A stretch of 62,223 nucleotides of DNA, counting the filler. It is 5 parts of 5 records of this genome, joined end to end, with 100 filler letters (N's around TTAATTAATTAA, not from the genome) between each part and the next. Parts side by side here need not be neighbours in the genome. Positions count along the whole stretch, not along the records: positions 1 to 6,713 come from SRR2962707_2685; positions 6,814 to 20,183 come from SRR2962707_2694; 3 more parts are not named here. One strand, written 5' to 3'. Positions 1 to 9,835 of the stretch are shown in pieces (the stretch's first letter is position 1; each line of letters starts with the position of its first letter). The position numbers and the translations under genes were made by a program. The notes under the pieces were generated by a model. That model saw only the letters and a program-made list of their open reading frames with translations. It was not told the DNA's origin and searched no databases.

Positions 1-1
1 G

Positions 2-754
2 CAGCGCGGCAATGCCGAAATGGCCTATGTGTCGTTCCAGCTGATCGCCGATGCCATCCCCCAGTTCGGTTTGTTTACGGCAGGCTATCTGTTTCAGAAC
101 GCAGACCACTATCGTTCGGTGATGAATTCCGATCTCGGTGGCGAGTTCAAGCAGACCGTGTCGGACGAAATGGGCATCCAGCTGCTCGACGTCTGCTATC
201 TCGGCACCCGCGAGCTGAACCTGCGTCGCTATCGCGACGTTCAGACGCCAGCCGACCTTGAAGGCGTCAAGCTGCGCATGCCTGGTTCGGATGCCTGGCT
301 GTTCCTGGGTGAGGCACTTGGTGCCAACCCGACCCCGCTGCCATTCTCCGAAGTCTATCTCGGCCTGCAGACCGGTACCGTCGACGCCCAGGACAACCCG
401 CTGCCAACCGTGGACGCGGCAAAGTTCTACGAAGTCACCGAGCAGATCGTGCTGACCGATCACCTGGTTGACGGTCTGCCAATCGCTGTCAACAACCAGA
501 CCTGGGAGCAGCTCAATGATGCTCAAAAGGGTCACATGGTTGATGCCGCCATGGCCGCCTGCGACTGGAACAACGAAAAGCGTTATGCCGAAGAAGATCG
601 CCTCGTCGCGTTCTTTGAATCCGAAGGCCTCAAGGTGACCACGCCTGACGTTGACGCATTCCGCAGCCACGTGCAGGAATTCTATCTCAGCTCCGAGCGC
701 GCCAAGCTTTGGCCTGAAGGCTGGGTTGATCGCATCAACGCACTGGCAGACTAA
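2..754 (+). CDS. dctP: TRAP transporter substrate-binding protein, DctP/SiaP family (5' truncated)
   Basis: The frame is open from the window start. Motifs GTRELN, KLRMP (conserved Arg), EVYLGLQTGTVDAQDNP and KFYEV are typical of DctP. dctQ- and dctM-like genes follow. Confidence 0.9.
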   Translation, partial: QRGNAEMAYVSFQLIADAIPQFGLFTAGYLFQNADHYRSVMNSDLGGEFKQTVSDEMGIQLLDVCYLGTRELNLRRYRDVQTPADLEGVKLRMPGSDAWLFLGEALGANPTPLPFSEVYLGLQTGTVDAQDNPLPTVDAAKFYEVTEQIVLTDHLVDGLPIAVNNQTWEQLNDAQKGHMVDAAMAACDWNNEKRYAEEDRLVAFFESEGLKVTTPDVDAFRSHVQEFYLSSERAKLWPEGWVDRINALAD

Positions 755-762
755 GGGCACCA

Positions 763-1266
763 ATGTCCACCAAGACTGATCATAGGGTCCGCACTGGACT
801 GTTATGGCTCAAGCGGGGCGCCGACACCGTCGGCGTCCTGCTGTTTCTCACCGCATTCACGGGATTCATCGTCCAGATCTTCTTCCGCTATGTGCTTAAC
901 CAGCCGCTGGCGTGGACGGAAGAGGCGACGATGATTGCCTTTATCTGGACCGTATTCTGGGCAGCTGCCTTCATGGTGCCGGTGCGCGAACACGTCACCT
1001 TCGACGTCGTCTATGACATCGCGCCAGAGCATGTCCGGCGCTTTTTCTCCATCTGCACCATGGCGCTGGTGGTCGTCGCCTTTCTTATTCTCGTGCCGTA
1101 CACGCTGGACTATCTGCAGTTTCTGATGCGCAAGAAGTCAGACGTTCTGCGCATCCCCAAGACGTGGATCTACGGCTGCTACCTGCTGTTCATTGTCGCC
1201 TTTGCCACCCAGGGCGCCTTCCGTATCTACAATCTGCTGCGACCAAATTGGCGCGACCAAATCTGA
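763..1266 (+). CDS. dctQ: TRAP transporter small permease
   Basis: 167 aa with 4 hydrophobic segments. Motifs FFRYVLNQPLAWTEE and HVTFD. Lies between the SBP and the large permease. Confidence 0.9.
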   Translation: MSTKTDHRVRTGLLWLKRGADTVGVLLFLTAFTGFIVQIFFRYVLNQPLAWTEEATMIAFIWTVFWAAAFMVPVREHVTFDVVYDIAPEHVRRFFSICTMALVVVAFLILVPYTLDYLQFLMRKKSDVLRIPKTWIYGCYLLFIVAFATQGAFRIYNLLRPNWRDQI

Positions 1267-1279
1267 CTGGGAGTTCTTC

Positions 1280-2581
1280 ATGCTAGTTGGTCTCGCTCTG
1301 CCGATCATGCTGGTTCTGCTCATTGCCGCCACCGTGGCCGGCATGCCCATGGGCATCGCCATGATCGTCTCATCCATCTTCTATCTGCTCATGGCAGGTC
1401 GTGATGTGGGGCTGGCAGCTGAGCAGGTACTCAACGGCGTCTTTGGCAATTTTGTCGCTCTGGCCGTGCCCCTGTTCATCTTTGCCGCCAACGTCATGAA
1501 CGCCGGTCAGATATCCGATCGCCTGCTCAAATTTGCGCTGGCCATGGTCGGGCGCCTCCCCGGCGGTCTGGCCCAGGTCAATATCCTGACCAGTCTGATC
1601 TTTTCGGGCATGAGCGGCAGCGCCGTGTCCGATGTGGCCGGGGTCGGCAAGGTGCTGACCAATATGATGATCAAGGACGACCGCTACCCCCGTGGTTTCG
1701 CCGGTGCGATCACCGCCACCTCCTCGGTGGTGGGCCCGATCTTTCCGCCTTCGATCCCCATGGTATTCTATGCGCTGATATCGTCGACCTCGGTGGGTGC
1801 ACTGTTCCTTGGCGGCGTCGTGCCCGCACTGATGATTGTCGTGGTACTGGCGATTGTCGTCGGCGTTCTGGCCAAGCTGCGTGGTTTTCCGGTCGAAGAA
1901 GCCATCCCCTTCCGCGCCTTCCCAGCCATCATCCTGAGTGCCATCCCGCCCCTGATGATGCCCGTTATCCTGCTCGGTGGTATTTACACCGGCGCCTTCA
2001 CACCAACCGAAGCCGCTGCCGTATCAGCGTTCTATGCGTTGTTGCTGGCGGTGTTTGCCTATCGCAGTCTGGGGCTGAAAGAGTTCTGGGACGTCGTAGT
2101 GTCCACGGTCAGAACCACTGCTGTCGTCACGCTGGTTCTGTGTGGCGCCTTTATCTTCAACTACGTCGTTACCGTTGAACGCATTCCGATGGGCGTCTTC
2201 GCCTTCTTCGATCAGTTCGAGCTGAATGCGGCGATGTTCTTCCTGATGATCAACATCCTCTATCTGGTGTTGGGGTGCTTTCTGGATGTGTCGACCATCA
2301 TGCTGGTCATCACCCCGCTGTTCATCCCAACAGCGGCGGCGCTCGGGATCGACTTGCACCATTTTGGTATTGTCGTGGTGTTCAACATGATGATCGGACT
2401 GATTACCCCGCCCTACGGGATATTGCTGTTCATCATCAAGGCGCTCAACGGTATTCCACTGGGTGAGATGATCCGCGAGATCTGGCTGTTCGTTGGGGTG
2501 CTGATCGCTCTGTTGATGGTGATCACCTACTTCCCCGATCTCTCCCTCTGGCTGCCGCGTTTTGCCGGGCTGCTGGGTTAA
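1280..2581 (+). CDS. dctM: TRAP transporter large permease
   Basis: Very hydrophobic. Motifs AVPLFIFAA, FSGMSGSAVSD, IFPPSIP, TPTEAA and LITPPYG. ATG at 1280 follows GGGAG. Confidence 0.92.
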   Translation: MLVGLALPIMLVLLIAATVAGMPMGIAMIVSSIFYLLMAGRDVGLAAEQVLNGVFGNFVALAVPLFIFAANVMNAGQISDRLLKFALAMVGRLPGGLAQVNILTSLIFSGMSGSAVSDVAGVGKVLTNMMIKDDRYPRGFAGAITATSSVVGPIFPPSIPMVFYALISSTSVGALFLGGVVPALMIVVVLAIVVGVLAKLRGFPVEEAIPFRAFPAIILSAIPPLMMPVILLGGIYTGAFTPTEAAAVSAFYALLLAVFAYRSLGLKEFWDVVVSTVRTTAVVTLVLCGAFIFNYVVTVERIPMGVFAFFDQFELNAAMFFLMINILYLVLGCFLDVSTIMLVITPLFIPTAAALGIDLHHFGIVVVFNMMIGLITPPYGILLFIIKALNGIPLGEMIREIWLFVGVLIALLMVITYFPDLSLWLPRFAGLLG

Positions 2582-3822
2582 CCGCCCAGCCGTCGCGCCA
2601 ACGTCGCTCTGACCGCGTCGCTCGGCGCCAATTCCAGCGCCTGCGCGCGGTAATGCGTGGCCTGATCGACATGCCTGCAGCGAGCGTGCAGGTCCGCCAG
2701 CACGGCGGCCCACATATAGCTGCCGACCAGCCAGGCCGGCGGCTCAAACCCTTCAAGCACCCCGAGACCTTCGGCCGGTCCGCGCCACTCGGCGACCGCC
2801 ACGGCCCGGTTCAGCCGGTGCAGTGCCGAAGGCGCCATCTTTTCGAGCAAGCCATAGCACTCTGCCACCCGCTCCCAATGCGTTTCGGCAAATGAAGGCG
2901 CCAGGCAATGCTCTGCCGCAACGCCAGCCTCGGCATGGTAGCGGGAGAAGTGCGAGCCCTGAGCGGCCTTGGCGAGCCAATCCAGACCAATGCCGATCTG
3001 GTGCTGATCCCAAAGCGCGCGATCCTGCTCCTCAAGCAGCAGCAAGCCGCCTGCTGCATCCTCACGCGCGATCATGCGCGCAGCATGCAGGTGCATCAGC
3101 GCCAGCAAAGCAAAGGTTTCAGGCTGCTGACCCGCCGGGTGCGCGACGAGCAGGCTCGCGAGCCGAATAGCCTCGGCGCACAACTCTTTGCGGATAGCGC
3201 GTTCAGCGTGCGACGACAGATAGCCCTCGGTAAATATCAGATAGATGATCGCGTGCACGGCTGGTAATCGCGTTTCGTAGTCGTTTGCCACTACGCTGGC
3301 AGTGCTGAACCCGGCTTGCTTTAGTCGCGCACGGGCGCGTGTCAGCCGCTTGTAGGCACTGGCTTCAGTGATGAAGAGACGCGCTGCGATTTCGCCAATG
3401 TCGAACCCGCACAGCACCTTCAGCGCCAGCACCAATTGCGCCTCGGTCGCGATGGCGTCGTCGCAGCAGGCAAACAGCATCCTCAGCAGGTCGTCCTGCA
3501 CCTCGTTGGCCATCAAGATATCCGGTCTCTCGGCCTCCGGAACGTCGAATTCATGTGGGAAAGCGGCCAGCAGGCGCCCTCTGCCGGCTTTCTGGCGAAA
3601 CTCGCTGAGCAATTGATTGCGCGCGACGCTGAACAGCCAGGCCGATGGATTGTCGGGCAATCCACCGGCCATCCAGCTGCTGAGCGCCTTGCTCAGCGCC
3701 AATTGGACCGCATCCTCGATCGTCTCGATATGCTGGGCGCCAAAACGGCGGACGAGGACGGCCACCACACGCCCATATTCATGCCGGAAGAAATGCTCAA
3801 CCAGCCCAGACGTTTGACTCAA
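2578..3822 (-). CDS. ECF sigma factor with long C-terminal (TPR-like) extension, ECF42 type
   Basis: Region 2 motifs EDAVQLAL and PSAWLFSVARN; region 4 EIAARLFITEASAYKRLTRAR; DDLLRMLFACC, YLIFTEGY and LLLEEQDRALWD are typical of this group. The TTG start overlaps the yciI stop. Confidence 0.88.
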   Translation of the reverse strand: MSQTSGLVEHFFRHEYGRVVAVLVRRFGAQHIETIEDAVQLALSKALSSWMAGGLPDNPSAWLFSVARNQLLSEFRQKAGRGRLLAAFPHEFDVPEAERPDILMANEVQDDLLRMLFACCDDAIATEAQLVLALKVLCGFDIGEIAARLFITEASAYKRLTRARARLKQAGFSTASVVANDYETRLPAVHAIIYLIFTEGYLSSHAERAIRKELCAEAIRLASLLVAHPAGQQPETFALLALMHLHAARMIAREDAAGGLLLLEEQDRALWDQHQIGIGLDWLAKAAQGSHFSRYHAEAGVAAEHCLAPSFAETHWERVAECYGLLEKMAPSALHRLNRAVAVAEWRGPAEGLGVLEGFEPPAWLVGSYMWAAVLADLHARCRHVDQATHYRAQALELAPSDAVRATLARRLGG

Positions 3823-4166
3823 GGCGTCTTGATTTCCCGAATCTCGACGCTGGCACCGGGCGCTACAACGCCGGGCATTTCACGCACCATCGCCTCAGCC
3901 GCTTCCAGGCTGTCCGCTGAGAGCACCATGTAGCCGCCGATGACTTCCTTGGCCTCAATGAACGGGCCGTCGCTATGGCCTTGTGGGGTCACCACCCTGC
4001 CGCCGCCCAGTGGCGCGCCCATATCCACGATGCTGTCGCTGAACTTGTCTTTCCAGGCGTTGAACTTGGCGTACATCTCTTCCATCTGGGCTGGCGATGG
4101 TTTGGGGCCCTGCGCGGCCTGACCGGGCTCGCTGCGACGGATGAAGAGAAAGTTCTGTTGAGCCAT
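3819..4166 (-). CDS. YciI / DGPF family protein
   Basis: Motif DGPFIEAKEVIGGY...VEIREI. ATG at 4166 follows GAAGGA. DGPF genes are the usual upstream partner of ECF42. Confidence 0.88.
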   Translation of the reverse strand: MAQQNFLFIRRSEPGQAAQGPKPSPAQMEEMYAKFNAWKDKFSDSIVDMGAPLGGGRVVTPQGHSDGPFIEAKEVIGGYMVLSADSLEAAEAMVREMPGVVAPGASVEIREIKTP

Positions 4167-4214
4167 TATTTTGTCCTTCCGTTGACGGCGTCGACTTGGT
4201 GCCGACACAGCAAT

Positions 4215-4241
4215 GACGCCTCGGCGCGCCATTTTTGGACC
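4215..4241 (-). promoter_or_regulatory. Candidate ECF42-type autoregulatory promoter
   Basis: The minus strand reads GGTCCA-N17-CGTC about 50 nt upstream of yciI. This resembles the TGTCGA...CGTC-like ECF promoters, but the -35 match is imperfect. Confidence 0.4.
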
Positions 4242-4364
4242 CATGGTGCAGATTTCTTTTCGCGCCAGAATTTGGGTGTGCGTCCAGCCTCGCACATGAT
4301 GGCCGGCAGGCACAGCTTCGCGCACTCAAATAGACTGCCACTTCGCTAGGGCGACGATGTCAGC

Positions 4365-5435
4365 TCACCGGTTGCGCTCGCTTCTCCACTGCGGCTGCGG
4401 TTCGCCCAGTGTTTGTAGGTGCGGCGCATCGGCGCCCTCGATGCGCCGTAACAGGAGGCGGGTCAGCTCCCCACCCGCAGCAAAGACATCTTCACGAATG
4501 CTGTCCAGCGCTGGAAACAGTGTCGGCAGGATGCCCGAGGTCTGTTTGTAGATCAGCTCAATGTCCTTGCCGAGTTGCAATCCGGCTTCCTGCAAGCCAC
4601 TTGCCAAGGCGATGGTGCGCATTTCGCTGTCGCACAGTATACCGTCTGGACGGCCGGCTTCCTGCGCCAGCTCAAACGCCATGCGGCGCATTTCTGCGAG
4701 CGGCATCCCCTGCGTCCCCTTCATCACCCGCGCGCCAATCCCGGCACTGGCGGTGGCGCGCTCAAAGGCCCCCGTCAGGTTGTGGTGGTTGGTGGTGCTG
4801 TCATCGCCGACCACCAGCATGACGTGATGGCAGCCCTTGCGCGCCAAACGCTCAACAGCAGTGGCGACAAAAGCCTCTGCATGAAAGTCATGAAACGGAT
4901 GCGGCGTATCAAAACCGGTGCGTCCATGCGTGACGAAAGGGAAACCGGCATCGATCATCAATTGCACACGCGGGTCACGAGGCCTGGTGTGGGTGATGAT
5001 CACGCCATCCGCGGTGCGGTTCTCCAGCACATAGCTGACAGTGTCGACAGCGTCGCCACGTTCAAACTCGGGAATGACAGTGAGATGGTAGCGCGTACCC
5101 TTGATGGCCTGACCAATGCCCTGAATCATTTGACGCGCGAAGTCGATGGAATCCTCGGCACCATCCAGCACCAGCGCAATCACATTGGTCTTGCCGGTTC
5201 GCAGGCGCACCCCGGCGCGATCAGGAACATAGCCCAATTGCTCTGCAGCAGCGGCGACCTTGGCACGCGTCTCGGGTTTGAGCGTGGTGCCACCGCGCAG
5301 CGAGAGCGAAACTGTCGACAGGCTCAGCCCGGTCAGTTCCGCAATGGTGCGCAAGGTGACGCGACCGCCTGCTAATGGTTTCTGCGAACTCACCTGTGCC
5401 TGCGCCCCGCTACTCCAGATTTCCCTGTTTTGCAT
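4365..5435 (-). CDS. LacI family transcriptional regulator
   Basis: HTH VTLRTIAELTGLSLSTVSLSL, hinge LGYVPDRAGVRLRTGKT, then a sugar-binding domain. Start codon uncertain. Confidence 0.92.
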   Translation of the reverse strand: MQNREIWSSGAQAQVSSQKPLAGGRVTLRTIAELTGLSLSTVSLSLRGGTTLKPETRAKVAAAAEQLGYVPDRAGVRLRTGKTNVIALVLDGAEDSIDFARQMIQGIGQAIKGTRYHLTVIPEFERGDAVDTVSYVLENRTADGVIITHTRPRDPRVQLMIDAGFPFVTHGRTGFDTPHPFHDFHAEAFVATAVERLARKGCHHVMLVVGDDSTTNHHNLTGAFERATASAGIGARVMKGTQGMPLAEMRRMAFELAQEAGRPDGILCDSEMRTIALASGLQEAGLQLGKDIELIYKQTSGILPTLFPALDSIREDVFAAGGELTRLLLRRIEGADAPHLQTLGEPQPQWRSERNR

Positions 5436-5485
5436 GCCCGGAGCCCCTTGCCAACAGCGCCCGCCCAACGGCAGGCCTCAATGAC

Positions 5486-5503
5486 ATTTGCAACGTTGCA
5501 AAT
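5486..5503. promoter_or_regulatory. LacI-type operator (perfect 18-bp palindrome)
   Basis: ATTTGCAACGTTGCAAAT is a perfect palindrome with a central CG. It lies between the divergent lacI-like and GH38 genes. Confidence 0.8.
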
Positions 5504-5567
5504 ACTGTGCATACCTGTGCGAAAATCGACCCTTGTGCAACACCTGAAGCCGACATCCGGAGCCGAA

Positions 5568-6713
5568 ATGCCCTATTCAAATCCTCTCGCGTCAAAACTC
5601 GCCCTGCGCGATGATGATATCAAGCGCGAAGGTAAGCTGGAGCGGCTGTGTGCTGACCTCGCCAGCAAGATACTGACCCCGATAGCTGATGCCCGGTTCC
5701 AGTGGCATGTGCAGCGGGATGATGTCAGCGCCGACGCCGCACTGGCTGATGACTGGCGCAATTGGGAGCAGTTTGGCAGCCATTCAGTATGGGCCAAAAA
5801 GCAGGGACACACTTGGTTTGCTGCCGAGGTGGAAGTGCCCGAAGCCGCGGTCGGCGAGACACTCGTGCTCAAATTTACCAGCCAGTGGCAGGACCGTCCC
5901 GGTACGACAGATCCGCAATGTCTGGCCTATATTGATGGCAGGATTGCACAGGCACTTGATGGCAACCACACCGAACTGGTGATTGAACGCAATGCCCAGC
6001 GCGGGCAGACGCACACGCTGCTGGTCAACGCCTTCACCTTTTTCGATCGGCCACTGGTCGGTTTCAAGGTGGATTTCTTCGTGCGCAATACGCGCGCCGA
6101 AAAGCTCTATTTCGACCTGCAGACTCCCTTTGAGGTCGCCATCCGCCTGCACCAGCAGGACGCACGCCGGCATGCCATTCTGGACATTGTCGAACGCGCC
6201 CTGTTCGCTCTGGATCGCCGTGATGGTCACACCGATGCCTTCGTCGCCTCGCTGGATGAGGCTGAAAGGATCGCGGCCGAAGTCCATGATCTCGTTGATA
6301 CCGAGAACCAGCCGCAAATTACTGCAGTCGGTTCCACCCATCTTGACGTCGGCTGGCTCTGGCGCGTCGCGCACACGCGCGACAAGACGGCGCGTTCCTT
6401 CGCCACGGTTCTCAACCTGATGGAGGAGTATCCCGAGTTCACCTTCATGTATAACCAGTCGGTGCTGTTCGATTTCCTCAGACAGGATTATCCCGAGCTT
6501 TGGACGCGGCTATTGGAGCGCGTCAAGGCGGGCCAGTTCGAGATCGAAGGGGCCATGTGGGTGGAGCCTGACGTCAACATCATCTCCGGGGAGTCTTTGG
6601 TTCGCCAGATCATGCGCGGGCGGCGCTTTCACCGCGAGAATTTTGGCGTTGATCCCCAGACTGTCTGGCTGCCGGACACATTTGGCTATTCGGCCAACCT
6701 GCCGCAGATCATG
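5568..6713 (+). CDS. Alpha-mannosidase, glycoside hydrolase family 38 (3' truncated by contig end)
   Basis: Zn-binding THLDVGWLW, GAMWVEPD, SGESLVRQ and nucleophile motif WLPDTFGYSANLPQI. Confidence 0.9.
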
Positions 6714-6813
6714 NNNNNNNNNNNNNNNNNNNNNNNNNNNNNNNNNNNNNNNNNNNNTTAATTAATTAANNNNNNNNNNNNNNNNNNNNNNNNNNNNNNN
6801 NNNNNNNNNNNNN
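6714..6813. other. Artificial contig spacer
   Basis: N44-TTAATTAATTAA-N44, which puts stops in all six frames. The identical spacer occurs four times. Confidence 0.98.
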
Positions 6814-6814
6814 G

Positions 6815-7336
6815 TCAGGCGGCATGAAGCGCCGGGTGCTGATCGCGAAGGCTTTGTGTCATGAGCCGCGGGTGCTGTTTCTCGACGAGCCCACGGCTGG
6901 CGTCGATGTGGAATTGCGCAAGGAGATGTGGGACGTCGTGCGGCAGCTCAAGGCCGATGGCGTGACCATCATTTTGACCACGCATTACATCGAGGAAGCC
7001 GAGGCGATTGCCGACCGGGTTGGCGTGATCCGCGGCGGCGAGCTGTTGCTGGTGGAGAAGAAGGAAACGCTGATGCAGCGCATGGGCAAGCGGCAGATGC
7101 GGGTCGAGTTGATGCAGCCGCTGGAGGCCATCCCGGAAGCGCTCAGTCGCTACGATCTCGATTATGACGCCGAGACCCAGACGCTGGTGTATTCCTACGA
7201 GGCCAACGGCGAGCGCACCGGCATCGCGTCGCTGTTTGCTGACCTGAGCAAAGCCGGCCTCATCCTGCGGGATGTGGAAACAAGGCAAAGTTCGCTCGAA
7301 GACATTTTTGTTGATCTGCTGGAGGACAAGTCATGA
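6815..7336 (+). CDS. ABC transporter ATP-binding protein, YadG-like (5' truncated)
   Basis: Signature SGGMKRR, Walker [14 protein letters not shown]-loop TTHY. Confidence 0.9.
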   Translation, partial: SGGMKRRVLIAKALCHEPRVLFLDEPTAGVDVELRKEMWDVVRQLKADGVTIILTTHYIEEAEAIADRVGVIRGGELLLVEKKETLMQRMGKRQMRVELMQPLEAIPEALSRYDLDYDAETQTLVYSYEANGERTGIASLFADLSKAGLILRDVETRQSSLEDIFVDLLEDKS

Positions 7337-8094
7337 ATTTCCAGGCCGTCAGATCCATCTACTCGTTCGAAATGGCGCGGTTTTTCCGCACCCTGTCGCA
7401 GAGCCTGATTTCTCCGGTGCTGTCGACATCGCTGTATTTCATCGTGTTCGGGGCGGCAATCGGCTCGCGCATCGATGAAATCGACGGAGTCAGTTACGGG
7501 GCCTTCATCGTGCCGGGGCTGATCATGCTTTCGGTTCTGACCCAGAGCATTTCGAATGCCTCGTTCGGGATCTATTTCCCGAAATTTCTCGGCTCGATTT
7601 ATGAGCTGCACACGGCGCCCGTTTCTTTCGTCGAGATCGTTCTGGGCTATGTCGGTGCTGCTGCAACCAAATCGGCGCTGATCGGTCTGGTCATTCTGGG
7701 GACGGCGGAATTCTTCGTCGACTTCGAGATCCTGCACTGGGGTGCGATGCTGGCGTTCCTGGCGCTGACCTGCGTTTCCTTCAGCCTGTTCGGCTTCATC
7801 ATCGGGATCTGGTCAAAGAACTTCGAACAGTTGCAGATGGTGCCGCTTCTGGTGATTACGCCGCTGGTGTTTCTGGGCGGCAGCTTCTACTCGATTTCGA
7901 TGCTGCCACCGTTCTGGCAGACGGTGACGCTGTTCAACCCGGTGGTCTATCTGATCTCCGGCTTCCGCTGGGCCTTCTACGGCACTGCGGACATCAATAT
8001 CGGGGTCAGCCTGATGATGATCGCCGTGTTCATGCTCATCTGTCTCGGCATCATCGGCTGGACCTTCAAGACCGGCTACAAGATCAAGACCTGA
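7333..8094 (+). CDS. ABC-2 type transporter permease, YadH-like
   Basis: 253 aa with 6 TM segments. Motifs [18 protein letters not shown] and [15 protein letters not shown] overlap with the ATPase. Confidence 0.9.
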   Translation: MNFQAVRSIYSFEMARFFRTLSQSLISPVLSTSLYFIVFGAAIGSRIDEIDGVSYGAFIVPGLIMLSVLTQSISNASFGIYFPKFLGSIYELHTAPVSFVEIVLGYVGAAATKSALIGLVILGTAEFFVDFEILHWGAMLAFLALTCVSFSLFGFIIGIWSKNFEQLQMVPLLVITPLVFLGGSFYSISMLPPFWQTVTLFNPVVYLISGFRWAFYGTADINIGVSLMMIAVFMLICLGIIGWTFKTGYKIKT

Positions 8095-8121
8095 TCTCGC
8101 AGCCGCCCTGTGGTCCAAGGA

Positions 8122-8511
8122 TCAGATGTCGCGCACCGCGTTTTCGAGCATGGTCCGTACGTCGCCGGCGACATCGGTCAACTGCTTGTTGGCAACAGCC
8201 TGCATGGAGGCGACCGGGTCAACCGCACTGACGGTGATCTCGCCATTGCCGGTGTCACGGATGATGACGTTGCAAGGCAGCATGGCGCCGATGCGCGGTT
8301 CAATGCCGATGGCCTGATACGCCATCGATGGGTTGCAGGCGCCGAGAATGAGATAGGACGGCATGTCCTTGTCGAGCTTTTTCTTCATGGTTGCGGCGAC
8401 ATCGATTTCAGTGAGCACACCAAAACCATGATCGCCCAACGCCTTGCGCGTGCGCTGGTTGATGTCCTCGAACGAGGCGTCTTTGAATGCTCTGTCGATT
8501 GTATAGGCCAT
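8122..8511 (-). CDS. DUF302 domain protein
   Basis: Motifs GFGVLTEIDV, YLILGACNP, IGAMLPCNV and SAVDP. Confidence 0.88.
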   Translation of the reverse strand: MAYTIDRAFKDASFEDINQRTRKALGDHGFGVLTEIDVAATMKKKLDKDMPSYLILGACNPSMAYQAIGIEPRIGAMLPCNVIIRDTGNGEITVSAVDPVASMQAVANKQLTDVAGDVRTMLENAVRDI

Positions 8512-8614
8512 AGGTTTTCTCCAAGGTTCATTCGCCGTCAGGGATACTTATATATGTCGTGATTTATATACGGCATTTCAAGTCATGCCCTGACGGGGAA
8601 ATCACTGAAGCGGC

Positions 8615-9604
8615 TCAGGCAGCTTTCGGCAGAGCGTCACGTCCGTGCGGTTCCATCAGATCCAGCGCCGGGCCAACCGGGACGATACCGGTCGGGTTGA
8701 TGGTGTCGTGACTGCCGTAATAGTGGTTCTTGATGTGATCCATGTTCACGGTCTCGGCAACGCCGGGGATCTGATAGAGCTCTCGAAGATAGCCCGAAAG
8801 GGCAGGGTAGTCGGCAATGCGGCGGATGTTGCACTTGAAGTGGCCGACATAGACGGGGTCAAACCGCACAAGCGTGGTGAACAGGCGCCAGTCGGCTTCG
8901 GTCAGTTCGTCGCCGGCCAGATAGCGGTTTTCCTGCAGACGCTCGTCAAGCATATCGAGCGTATCGAAAAGCTCGGTGACATGCTCCTGATAGGCGTCTT
9001 GCGTGGTGGCAAAGCCGGCCTTGTAAACGCCGTTGTTGACCTTGTCGTAGACGATCTCGTTGATCTCATCGATCTCGGCCTGCAATTCCTCGGGGTAGTA
9101 ATCGGGCGCAGGCTTGGCAATTGCATCGAAAGCCGAGTTCAGCATGCGGATGATTTCAGCCGATTCATTGGACACGATGGTGTTCGTCTTCTTGTCCCAC
9201 AACACCGGCACGGTCACCCGGCCGGAATAGTCCGACTGAGCTGCAACATAGACCTGCCAGAGGTAGTCCGCACCGCCCAGGTGATCGGCGGTTCCGCCGT
9301 CGCGGTCATGAAACTCCCAGCCGTTCTTGCCCATGTAGGGATCGACGATCGACACCGAGATGGCGTCTTCCAGCCCCTTCAGCTTGCGGAAAATCAGGGT
9401 TCTATGAGCCCAGGGGCAGGCGAGCGAGACGTAGAGATGGTATCGCCCGGCCTCGGCAGCAAAGCCGCCATCGCCTGAAGGTCCTGGTTCGCCATCGGCC
9501 GTCACCCAGTTGCGAAATGAGGATTCCTTGCGCTTGAAGTGGCCGCCTGTTGATTTCGTGTCGTACCAGACGTCATTCCAGACGCCATCTACCAGCATAC
9601 CCAT
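8615..9604 (-). CDS. Glutathionyl-hydroquinone reductase (Xi-class GST, YqjG/ECM4-like)
   Basis: Start MGMLVDGVW, active site SLACPWAHR, plus VTVPVLWD, NNGVYKAGFA and IKNHYYGSH. Confidence 0.92.
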   Translation of the reverse strand: MGMLVDGVWNDVWYDTKSTGGHFKRKESSFRNWVTADGEPGPSGDGGFAAEAGRYHLYVSLACPWAHRTLIFRKLKGLEDAISVSIVDPYMGKNGWEFHDRDGGTADHLGGADYLWQVYVAAQSDYSGRVTVPVLWDKKTNTIVSNESAEIIRMLNSAFDAIAKPAPDYYPEELQAEIDEINEIVYDKVNNGVYKAGFATTQDAYQEHVTELFDTLDMLDERLQENRYLAGDELTEADWRLFTTLVRFDPVYVGHFKCNIRRIADYPALSGYLRELYQIPGVAETVNMDHIKNHYYGSHDTINPTGIVPVGPALDLMEPHGRDALPKAA

Positions 9605-9835
9605 GATCATTCTCCTTTCCCCATGACATAAGCCCCGGATGCGAAAAAGCGAAGGCCGTGAGGGTGAACGGTGCGTTTTGCATTGGACGACGACGATTTG
9701 CTTTGCTATGGGCGAAGGACGAAGAGGAAAACCGGATGCCAGCCAAGGCTTTGCGACGACGCTGAAAAGACCACTCCCTCACGCTCTGCGTGGGCAGTTC
9801 ATCACGTCTTGTCGATTGTTTCCGGAATTACCATC

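Noticed and set aside
6758..6769. TTAATTAATTAA repeated four times as a possible biological repeat or att site
   Set aside because: It is always centred in an identical 100-nt N run. It is an assembly or concatenation linker with stops in all frames.
9611..9835. Long 5' region of the GNAT gene as a leader RNA or uORF
   Set aside because: I could not identify a convincing structure or known motif from this single sequence. A comparative alignment would be needed.
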